DNA from: Alphaproteobacteria bacterium
Lineage (GTDB): Bacteria; Pseudomonadota; Alphaproteobacteria; Ferrovibrionales; Ferrovibrionaceae
Reading direction: 5' to 3'
DNA length: 64,000 bases
NCBI GenBank assembly: GCA_018336035.1
Contig: JAGXRD010000076.1
Location: forward strand, 2,426 to 66,425
Below are positions 57,370 to 64,000 of this stretch, piece after piece; position 1 is the first letter of the stretch, and every line of letters begins with the position of its first letter. Both the position numbers and the translations under genes were made by a program. The notes below the pieces were generated by a model. The model had not been told where the DNA came from and ran no database searches. It saw only the letters and a list, made by a program, of their open reading frames with translations.

Positions 57370-58497
57370 ATGGATTTCCAGTTGTCCGAAGAACAGACCC
57401 TGCTGGCCGACAGCGTCGAAAGCTGGCTGCAGGACAAATACGATTTCGACCGCTGGCGCAAGCTGGTGAAGACTGATCTCGGCTATGCGGAAGAAAACTG
57501 GAAGACCATGGCCGAACTGGGCTGGCTCGCCATCCCGCTGCCGGAAGCAGCCGGCGGCCTGGGCGGCGGCGCCGTCGATGCCGCGCTGCTGGCCGAGCGT
57601 TTCGGCCGTCATATGGTGGCCGAGCCGTATGTCTCCACCGTGATCCTCGGCGCCGGCCTGATCCAGGCGGCGAGTGACGCCAAGCAGAAGGATGAGTGGC
57701 TGCCGGCGATTGCCGAGGGCAAGGCGAAATGGGCCTTCGCCCATGCCGAACACGGTTCGCGTTTCTCGCTCAACGAAACCCGCGCCAAGGCCACCAAGAC
57801 CGCCGATGGCTGGACGCTGAGCGGCAAGAAGATCGTGGTCTGGGACGCCGCCAGTGCCGACCGCCTGATCGTGCTGGCGCGCTCCGCTGGCGGCGATACC
57901 GATGCGAAGGGCCTCGGTCTTTTCGTGGTCGATGCGTCGGGCGCCGGCGTCGCGCGGCATGACTACCGCACGGTCGACAATCGCCGTGCGTCGGATATCC
58001 AGCTCGATCATGCGCCGGTCCTGGCCGTGCTGGGCGATCCGGCCGATGCGCTGCCGGCTGTGGAAGCCGTGATCGACCAAGCGATTGCCTTCATGGCCTC
58101 GGAAGCCGTCGGCGCCATGGCGGCGCTGCATGAGACCACGCTGGCTTACGCGAAGACCCGCAAGCAGTTCGGCCGCGCCATCGGTGAGTTCCAGGTGATC
58201 CAGCATCGCCTGGTCGACATGATGATGCAGGTGGAAAGCGCGCGCTCGCTGGCGCTGCTTGCCGCGCTCAAGGCTTCTGCCGAGCCGAAGGAGCGCGCCA
58301 GGGCGGCTGCGGCCGCGAAAGTCCAGCTCGGCCGCTCCGGGCGGTTCGTTGGCCAGCAGGCGGTGCAGATCCATGGCGGCATGGGCATGACCGACGAGCT
58401 GAATGTCGGCCATTACATGAAACGGCTGATGATGCTCGACACCACCTTCGGCAATGCCGATTTCCACCAGCGGCGCTTTGCTGCCCTCAGCGACTAG
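57370..58497 (+). CDS. Acyl-CoA dehydrogenase-family protein (candidate non-catalytic partner subunit)
   Basis: It has the ACAD fold (WTLSGKKIVVWDA, FGRAIGEFQVIQHRLVDM, QIHGGMGMTDE). I cannot align a Glu at either usual catalytic-base position. Confidence 0.85.
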   Translation: MDFQLSEEQTLLADSVESWLQDKYDFDRWRKLVKTDLGYAEENWKTMAELGWLAIPLPEAAGGLGGGAVDAALLAERFGRHMVAEPYVSTVILGAGLIQAASDAKQKDEWLPAIAEGKAKWAFAHAEHGSRFSLNETRAKATKTADGWTLSGKKIVVWDAASADRLIVLARSAGGDTDAKGLGLFVVDASGAGVARHDYRTVDNRRASDIQLDHAPVLAVLGDPADALPAVEAVIDQAIAFMASEAVGAMAALHETTLAYAKTRKQFGRAIGEFQVIQHRLVDMMMQVESARSLALLAALKASAEPKERARAAAAAKVQLGRSGRFVGQQAVQIHGGMGMTDELNVGHYMKRLMMLDTTFGNADFHQRRFAALSD

Positions 58498-58520
58498 GCA
58501 TTCAGACGGGAGGGCCCGGC

Positions 58521-59378
58521 ATGGAAAAGATGATCGTCAAAGACGTCAGCCAGTATTTCAATGCCGAACTCGCCCGCAAATACCGCTCCACGGCGGGCAG
58601 CCAGGACCCGGTCGATGCCGCGCTGATCGACGGCCTGATGGCGCAGGTCGAACGCGACGGCTATGTGATCCTGCAGAATCTGTTCACGGCCGGGGAAGCG
58701 GCAGACATGCGCGCCGCACTGGAGCCGCATTTCCACCCGCATCTCGGCCGCAACAGTTTCGAAGGCTTCGGCACCCGGCGGCTCTATGCCGTGGTCGAGA
58801 AGACGCTGGCCTGCAATCCGCTGGCCGAGCATCCGCTGATCCTGGCGCTGCTGGATCGCCTGCTCGAGCCGAACTACCTGCTGTCGCAGCTGCAGGCCAT
58901 CGACATCCAGCCGGGTGAGGCGGCGCAACCGCTGCACCATGACGATGCCTTCTATCGCGTGGCCCGGCCCCGCGCGGCACTCGGCGCGGCCACCATCATG
59001 GCGATTGACGATTTCACCTTCGAGAATGGCGCCACGTTACTGATCCCCGGCAGCCACAAATGGGACGGGCGTATGCCGGCAGAGGCAGACATAGCCCGCG
59101 CCGTGCCGGCCGTGATGCCGAGCGGCTCGGTGCTGTTCTTTGTCGGCACGCTGTGGCATGGCGGCGGCGCCAATGTGACGGGCCGCAGCCGGCTGTGCGT
59201 CACCGCGCAGTATTGCGCGCCGTGGTGCCGCCAGCAGGAGAATTTCAGCCTGTCGGTCTCGCGCGAACGCGTGAAGCAGTGCAGCGAGCATATGCGCCGC
59301 CTGCTGGGCTACAGCATCCATCCGCCCTTCATGGGCTTCGTGAACGGCCTGCACCCCAAGCGGCTGCTGGAAGACTGA
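58521..59378 (+). CDS. Phytanoyl-CoA dioxygenase (PhyH) family Fe(II)/2-oxoglutarate oxygenase
   Basis: The HxD motif is PLHHDDAF. Other motifs are GATLLIPGSH and the distal His in LWHGGGAN. Confidence 0.85.
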   Translation: MEKMIVKDVSQYFNAELARKYRSTAGSQDPVDAALIDGLMAQVERDGYVILQNLFTAGEAADMRAALEPHFHPHLGRNSFEGFGTRRLYAVVEKTLACNPLAEHPLILALLDRLLEPNYLLSQLQAIDIQPGEAAQPLHHDDAFYRVARPRAALGAATIMAIDDFTFENGATLLIPGSHKWDGRMPAEADIARAVPAVMPSGSVLFFVGTLWHGGGANVTGRSRLCVTAQYCAPWCRQQENFSLSVSRERVKQCSEHMRRLLGYSIHPPFMGFVNGLHPKRLLED

Positions 59379-60047
59379 TCAGCCCGCCAGCAATTCGCGG
59401 ATCGCCATCGACTTGAAGGCTTCGACCGCCGCATCGCCGTCCTTTTCTGGCAGCGCGATGGCGGCGCGCATGGTCGAACCGCTGAGATGCATCACCAGGA
59501 AGGCGGTGGTGCGCAGCCGCGCCGGATCGGCTTTAGGGTGCAGGCGCATCAGCACCTCGGCCAGCACCGCGGCATTCAGGCGATTGTCCTCGAAATCGAG
59601 ATCCTGCAAGCCGCGATCGGCCTGCGCGCCCGACCAGATGTCGCGGATCACCGGTTCGGAGCGATAGAACTGGTAATAGACGTCCAGCAAGGCGCCGAAG
59701 ATGCGCTTCAGGTCGGCCTTGGTTTTCACCTTGCCGAGTTCGGCGGCGATCAGCAGGCGGCAGCTCGCATTGTAGCGGTCGTTCAGTTCGCGCAGGATCG
59801 CCGCCTTGTCGGGGAAATACTGATACAGCGAGCCAATCGAGATGCCGGCCTGTGCGGCGACATCGCCCATGCGCATCGCTTCGCTGCCGCTTTTTGCAAT
59901 CAGGGCAGCCGCCACGGACAGAATCTTCTCCACGCGGTCGCGGGCGCGCTGCTGACTGGGCGCACGGCCGGGCGCGGCCGGCTGGCCTTCGAGGGCAGCC
60001 GGGACGGCGGGGGCAGATCGTGTGACGGCGGTTACGGAGCGGCGCAT
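59379..60047 (-). CDS. TetR-family transcriptional regulator
   Basis: The HTH is AMRMGDVAAQAGISIGSLYQYFPDKAAIL. Trimmed to ATG 60047, because the upstream ATG 60110 lies in AT-rich sequence that carries the palindromes. Confidence 0.85.
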   Translation of the reverse strand: MRRSVTAVTRSAPAVPAALEGQPAAPGRAPSQQRARDRVEKILSVAAALIAKSGSEAMRMGDVAAQAGISIGSLYQYFPDKAAILRELNDRYNASCRLLIAAELGKVKTKADLKRIFGALLDVYYQFYRSEPVIRDIWSGAQADRGLQDLDFEDNRLNAAVLAEVLMRLHPKADPARLRTTAFLVMHLSGSTMRAAIALPEKDGDAAVEAFKSMAIRELLAG

Positions 60048-60067
60048 GGCGGTTTGACGCGGCCAAT

Positions 60068-60113
60068 AATATGAGGATTCATCACGTTTGTAAATATGAG
60101 ATTTCCTCATATT
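60068..60113. promoter_or_regulatory. Candidate TetR operator(s) in the TetR / NmrA divergent intergenic region
   Basis: AATATGAGGA (60068-60077) and its complement TCCTCATATT (60104-60113) form an inverted repeat. AATATGAG is also repeated directly at 60093-60100. Confidence 0.55.
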
Positions 60114-60133
60114 TCTAGAAAAGAGGCTCCGCT

Positions 60134-60997
60134 ATGACCCATTCAACTGAAGAAAACACCCCGATCCTGATCACCGGCGGCACCGGCAAGACCGGTCGCC
60201 GCATCGCCGAACGGCTGGCCGCGGCCGGCCAGGCCATCCGCATCGGCTCGCGCCGGAATGCGCCGGCCTTTGACTGGGAAGATGCCGCCGGCTGGGAGGC
60301 CGCCCTGCTGGGCGTGCGCGCCGTCTATATCTCTTACTATCCCGATCTGCTGGCGCCCGAGGCGCTGGGTCGTGTCGAGGCTTTCGCGCGTCTGGCCGTT
60401 GCCGGGGGCGCGCAGCGCCTGGTGCTGCTGTCAGGCCGCAACGAACCGGCGGCGCAGGACGCCGAGCAGGTGGTGACGCGGGTGGCGCAGCAGGCCGGTG
60501 CCGACTGGACGATCCTGCGCTGCGCCTGGTTCGCGCAGAATTTCAGTGAGAGCCTGCTGCTCGATCCGGTGCGACATGGCGAGGTGGTGCTGCCAGCTGG
60601 GGAGGTTCCCGAGCCTTTCATTGATGCCGACGACATTGCCGATGTGGCGGTGGCGGCGCTCACCCAGCCGGGCCATGCCGACCAGCTCTATGAACTGACC
60701 GGGCCGCGCCTGCTGACCATGGCGCAGGCCACCGCCGAGATCGCCCGCGCGCTGGGGCGCGAAATTCCCTATCGCCAGGTGTCGGTGGAGGATTTCCTGG
60801 CGTTGATGGGCCAGCAGGGCCTGCCGCCGGAACTGGCCGGAGTGCTGGCCGAACTCTTCACCACTGTGCTGGATGGCCGCAGTGCCTATCTCTGCGATGG
60901 CGTGCAGCGCGCACTGGGCCGTCCGCCGCGCGATTTCGCCGACTATGCCCGCGCCACGGCGGCGACCGGCGTCTGGAACCAGCCGGTGATGGCCTGA
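60134..60997 (+). CDS. NmrA-like / atypical SDR NAD(P)-binding protein
   Basis: ILITGGTGKTGRRIAERL is a Rossmann GxxGxxG motif. The RBS is AAGAGG. The gene is divergent from the TetR gene. Confidence 0.8.
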   Translation: MTHSTEENTPILITGGTGKTGRRIAERLAAAGQAIRIGSRRNAPAFDWEDAAGWEAALLGVRAVYISYYPDLLAPEALGRVEAFARLAVAGGAQRLVLLSGRNEPAAQDAEQVVTRVAQQAGADWTILRCAWFAQNFSESLLLDPVRHGEVVLPAGEVPEPFIDADDIADVAVAALTQPGHADQLYELTGPRLLTMAQATAEIARALGREIPYRQVSVEDFLALMGQQGLPPELAGVLAELFTTVLDGRSAYLCDGVQRALGRPPRDFADYARATAATGVWNQPVMA

Positions 60998-61006
60998 CGC
61001 AAAAAA

Positions 61007-61033
61007 GCCCGGCGGACCGATCCGCCGGGCTTT
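61007..61033. terminator. Rho-independent terminator (strong for DUF1428 gene on minus strand, weaker for NmrA gene)
   Basis: AAAAAA-GCCCGGCGGA-CCGA-TCCGCCGGGC-TTT. Confidence 0.85.
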
Positions 61034-61050
61034 CCGTGCATTGCAGTGGT

Positions 61051-61413
61051 TTAGTACTGAACCATCGTCTTGAAGCCGCCATAAGCCATGCGCTTGACCT
61101 CGAAGGGCATCTTCTTCGGGTCCGGGCACATCGCCGCCATGCGCGGATCCTTCATGATCTTGGCATTCACCTTGTCGCGCTGCGCCTTGGACTTGTAGAT
61201 GATGAAGGAGAAAACCGGCACTTCACCCTTCTTCAGCTTCATCTGCTTGGGGAAGGGCAGGCCGAAGGCGGGGTTCATGTCGTCGCCGGCGCATTCGTAA
61301 TAACCGACAGCGCCAAATTCCTGCCAGATCTTGCCGGCCTTCTTCGCCATCTTCATATAGGCCGCCAGATTCTTCTTCGGCACCGGAATCAGAAAGCCAT
61401 CCACATAACTCAT
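61051..61413 (-). CDS. DUF1428 family protein
   Basis: MSYVDGFLIPVPKKNLAAYMKMAKKAGKIWQEFGAVGYYEC...GGFKTMV. Confidence 0.8.
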   Translation of the reverse strand: MSYVDGFLIPVPKKNLAAYMKMAKKAGKIWQEFGAVGYYECAGDDMNPAFGLPFPKQMKLKKGEVPVFSFIIYKSKAQRDKVNAKIMKDPRMAAMCPDPKKMPFEVKRMAYGGFKTMVQY

Positions 61414-61436
61414 CGCGTTTCTTCCTTCTCTCTCAG

Positions 61437-62264
61437 TTAATCTTTGCAGCAGTCGGGCGTGGCCTGGGGCTGGGCATCGTATTTATCGTGATGGCGCAGC
61501 CAGAAGTCCTTGCTCTGTGGCCAGCCGGAAGGAGAGTCCTCCCATCCCTCCTGACGGCCATAGGGCGTCAGGTCGAGAATGTTGTAGGTGTTGAGTAATC
61601 CATCCAGGCCGCGGCCGAATGTGGAATAGCTGTGATAAATCCTGCTGCCATCGCGCAGGAACACGCTCAGGCCCGGCAGTTCGCCCTTCACATGCTCCAG
61701 TTGGCCCTTGGCTCTGAGTGTTTCCGCATCCTGGTAATTGTATTCCGGTGGCGCGATGGCGGGATCGATGGTGACGCCGAAATCGGTATTGAAATCGCTG
61801 CCAAACGACGACACCCAGGGCATGGTCCAGCCCATGCGTTGCTTGAATGGAGTGATCTTGGCGAGCGGCGCGCGCGACACCATGGTAAAGGCCGTGTCAC
61901 GGGCATGGATATGCGACAGATGCGGGATGTTGTCGGCGACATGCGAGCAGCCGGGGCAGCCTTCGCTATAGGGATGCGTCTGGCCCGGCGGCGGATCGTC
62001 GGGATCGAACATGAAGTGATAGATCACCAGCTGGCTGCGGTCTTCAAAAAGGTCGAGCAGGCGTTTGCGACCCTGCGGCGTCTCGAAGACGTAATCCTTG
62101 TCGATGGCGACAACGGGCAGCCGGCGGCGCTCGGCATTCAGCGCGTCGCGCGCGCGAGTCAGCTCCTTTTCCTTCAGCAGCAGGGCGCGGCGGGCTTCGA
62201 GCCACGCATCGCGCGACACCACCGGCGGCAATGCCGCAACGGATGGCTTGGTCATGTCGTTCAT
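61437..62264 (-). CDS. DUF899 thioredoxin-like protein
   Basis: VSRDAWLEARRALLLKEKELTRARDALNAERRRLP...SQLVIYHFMFDPD...CPGCS...MGWTMPWVSS. Confidence 0.85.
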   Translation of the reverse strand: MNDMTKPSVAALPPVVSRDAWLEARRALLLKEKELTRARDALNAERRRLPVVAIDKDYVFETPQGRKRLLDLFEDRSQLVIYHFMFDPDDPPPGQTHPYSEGCPGCSHVADNIPHLSHIHARDTAFTMVSRAPLAKITPFKQRMGWTMPWVSSFGSDFNTDFGVTIDPAIAPPEYNYQDAETLRAKGQLEHVKGELPGLSVFLRDGSRIYHSYSTFGRGLDGLLNTYNILDLTPYGRQEGWEDSPSGWPQSKDFWLRHHDKYDAQPQATPDCCKD

Positions 62265-62287
62265 GGCCGTCTCCTACGATCTTTATC

Positions 62288-62315
62288 TTGACAGATATGT
62301 TGATATCAACATAAT
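62288..62315 (+). promoter_or_regulatory. Sigma-70 promoter TTGACA-N16-CATAAT for marR, with a 16-bp perfect palindrome (62297-62312) over the spacer
   Basis: TTGACA is at 62288-62293 and CATAAT at 62310-62315. ATGTTGATATCAACAT is at 62297-62312. The marR ATG begins 7 nt after the -10, and no Shine-Dalgarno sequence is present. Confidence 0.65.
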
Positions 62316-62321
62316 GCCGGC

Positions 62322-62786
62322 ATGTCAAAGGCACCTGCAAACACTGCTGCCAACCCACTGCCATATGCGACCACCCTCATGGTGCGCGACACCTGCCTGT
62401 GCCTGCATGTGCAACGCGCGGCGCGGGCTGTGGCGCGGCGGTTTGACGAAGCTTTGCGGCCGCTGGATCTCACCAACGGGCAGTTCTCGCTGCTGATGTC
62501 GCTGAACCGGCCAGAGCCGGCGCCGATGCGGCAGGTCGCCCATCTACTGGCGATGGACCGCACGACTCTCACGGCCAATCTCAAGCCGCTGGAACGGCGC
62601 GGGCTGCTGAAAATCGAGATCGATCCTGATGATCGCCGAAGCAAATTCCTGACGCTCACCCGTGCCGGGCGCGACCTGATGGTGATGGCAATGCCGATCT
62701 GGACCGAAACCCATGCCGTGCTGGATCGCATGGTGACGAACACGGGCCTGGACGAACTGCGCGCCGATTTGCGCGCACTCTCCTGA
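62322..62786 (+). CDS. MarR-family transcriptional regulator
   Basis: LDLTNGQFSLLMSL...MRQVAHLLAMDRTTLTANLKPLERRGLL...DPDDRRSKFLTLT. Confidence 0.88.
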   Translation: MSKAPANTAANPLPYATTLMVRDTCLCLHVQRAARAVARRFDEALRPLDLTNGQFSLLMSLNRPEPAPMRQVAHLLAMDRTTLTANLKPLERRGLLKIEIDPDDRRSKFLTLTRAGRDLMVMAMPIWTETHAVLDRMVTNTGLDELRADLRALS

Positions 62787-62849
62787 CACTGGCTGTCTTT
62801 AGCCCGCAGTAATTTCAGACATCACAACACCCCAGAGGAGGAGCGTAGT

Positions 62850-63314
62850 ATGCAGATCAATCCCTATCTGATGTTCAGCGGCCAATGCGAAGAGGCGTTT
62901 CGCTATTACGAAAAGCATCTCGGCGGCAAGATCGTCGCCATGATGAAATACAGCGATGCGCCGCCAATGCCGGAAGGCCAGGCGCCGCCGGACACCGGCT
63001 GCGCGCCCGACATGACCGGTGCAGAAAACCTTATCATGCATGCCTGCATGGAAGTGGGCGGTGTGTCGCTGATGGCGTCTGATGCGCCGCCGAACATGCC
63101 GCAGGAAAAGATGCAGGGCATCTCGGTGACGCTGAACCTGACCAGCGAAGCGGAAGCACGCCGCATCTTCGAGGCGCTGTCACAGGGCGGCACTGTCACC
63201 AGCCCGCTGATGCAGACCTTCTGGGCCAAGGCTTTCGGCACCGTCACCGACCGTTTCGGCACGCCCTGGATGATCAACTGCATGGACGAGATGGAGATGA
63301 AGGCCGCTTCGTAA
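62850..63314 (+). CDS. VOC-superfamily protein (PhnB-like / 3-demethylubiquinone-9 methyltransferase-domain type)
   Basis: MQINPYLMFSGQCEEAFRYYEKHLGG...DRFGTPWMINC. The RBS is GAGGAGGA. Confidence 0.8.
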   Translation: MQINPYLMFSGQCEEAFRYYEKHLGGKIVAMMKYSDAPPMPEGQAPPDTGCAPDMTGAENLIMHACMEVGGVSLMASDAPPNMPQEKMQGISVTLNLTSEAEARRIFEALSQGGTVTSPLMQTFWAKAFGTVTDRFGTPWMINCMDEMEMKAAS

Positions 63315-63342
63315 TCGACGGCGTCCCTGGTAAAAGGAAAAA

Positions 63343-63372
63343 GCCCGGCGGGTTTCCCAGCCGGGCTTTTTT
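63343..63372. terminator. Bidirectional rho-independent terminator (VOC gene / gcrA)
   Basis: AAAAGGAAAAA-GCCCGGC-GGGTTTCCCA-GCCGGGC-TTTTTT. Confidence 0.88.
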
Positions 63373-63394
63373 ATGGAAACCGGTCCACGAAGGA

Positions 63395-63925
63395 TCAGGC
63401 GGCGTTGATCGCCTTGACCGCTTCGACGGCGCTCTCCGGATTCCAATTGGTATAGGCAGCAGCGCAATGCGAGGCGCAGTAGGGTTTGCCCGGCAGCGCG
63501 ACATGCGTACAGAAATCGAATTCAGAACTCTTCGGGTCGCCGATCGGCCACTTGCAGCGCGGGCCGGTCGACGGCGTCAGCGCGGCGAGCATCGCTGCGG
63601 TCAGTTGAGCCTGCGAAGCCGGGCTGTGGCTCACAGGGGTGGCTGCGTCTTCGCGCACCTGCACGGGGGCTCGAACGGGGGCGGGTGCTGCAGCCGTATG
63701 TCCGCCCCCACCGCTGGAGCTGCCACCATGGTTCGCGGCCGGACGCGGCTGGGCCGGCTTTTCGCTGCGCATGATGGGCGAGGCGCGCTTGGCCAGGCCG
63801 ATGCGGTGGGCCTTGCCCACCACGGCATTGCGGGTCATGCCCAGCTGCTTGCCGATCTGGGTGATCGACTGGCCGGATTCCCAGTATTGCACCAGGAGTT
63901 TAACCTTTTCGTCAGTCCATACCAT
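63395..63925 (-). CDS. gcrA: GcrA cell-cycle regulator
   Basis: MVWTDEKVKLLVQYWESGQSITQIGKQLGMTRNAVVGKAHRIGL, with a C-terminal CKWPIGDP...FCTHVALPGKPYCASH. Confidence 0.9.
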   Translation of the reverse strand: MVWTDEKVKLLVQYWESGQSITQIGKQLGMTRNAVVGKAHRIGLAKRASPIMRSEKPAQPRPAANHGGSSSGGGGHTAAAPAPVRAPVQVREDAATPVSHSPASQAQLTAAMLAALTPSTGPRCKWPIGDPKSSEFDFCTHVALPGKPYCASHCAAAYTNWNPESAVEAVKAINAA

Positions 63926-64000
63926 ATCTAGCCCCCTTAATCGGCGTTGGCCGCTAGATGGAGTAAAGGCTCCAAAATTGAGATTTGGTCAACCGGACTC

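Noticed and set aside
60048-60110. A longer TetR ORF starting at ATG 60110 (MRKSHIYKRDESSYYWPRQTA...).
   Set aside because: The extension is AT-rich with atypical codons for this genome and coincides with the palindromic operator-like repeats. ATG 60047 gives a normal TetR N-terminus.
63926-64000. A CtrA box (TTAA-N7-TTAA) upstream of gcrA.
   Set aside because: Only a single TTAA half-site (63937-63940) is visible, with no second half at the required spacing. The upstream region is also truncated by the window edge.

Overview
This is a dense, GC3-rich chromosomal segment that looks alphaproteobacterial. The evidence is a GcrA regulator, a Caulobacter-type short flagellin, a perfect EcfG-type GGAAC-N16-CGTT promoter, and DUF3035/DUF2093/DUF374 genes. 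I support about 62 protein genes, and most are housekeeping.

Main gene groups:
- Translation and RNA modification: rlmJ, ribF, ileS-lspA, rsmD, a pseudouridine synthase, tadA.
- DNA repair and nucleotide metabolism: mutL, purD, xseA.
- Envelope and central metabolism: an MsbA-like/DUF374/lpxK/lpxL lipid A block, and tkt.
- Chemotaxis: a cheW-MCP pair.
- Fatty-acid and acyl-CoA metabolism: fadD-like ligase, MaoC hydratases, crotonase, three ACADs, a PaaI thioesterase, PhyH, TetR.
- Regulators: an orphan histidine kinase, two EAL proteins, LuxR, AraC, MarR, and an ECF sigma factor.

I recognise no rRNA, tRNA, CRISPR array, transposase, integrase or phage gene. I also do not see a convincing multi-gene novel system such as a defence island.

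The observations most worth a second look:
1. A family of nested-hairpin REP-like elements at four loci. It brackets a DUF559 endonuclease gene and shows a compensatory stem replacement.
2. An ACAD10/11-like dehydrogenase plus a tandem APH-type kinase and predicted pseudokinase, which are the split halves of the 4-hydroxyacyl-CoA pathway enzyme.
3. An ECF sigma module: a small acidic ORF, a hairpin and the sigma gene, divergent from a PRC-barrel gene that carries a perfect general-stress promoter.
4. A roughly 4.8 kb islet between mutL and rsmD holding an orphan flagellin, a LuxR regulator, a PPOX protein, an orphan 75-aa ORF and an AraC regulator.
5. A single low-GC OafA-type acyltransferase gene inserted in the beta-oxidation cluster.
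6. A TipF-like degenerate EAL protein.

All family calls come from reading motifs by eye. No database search was run.
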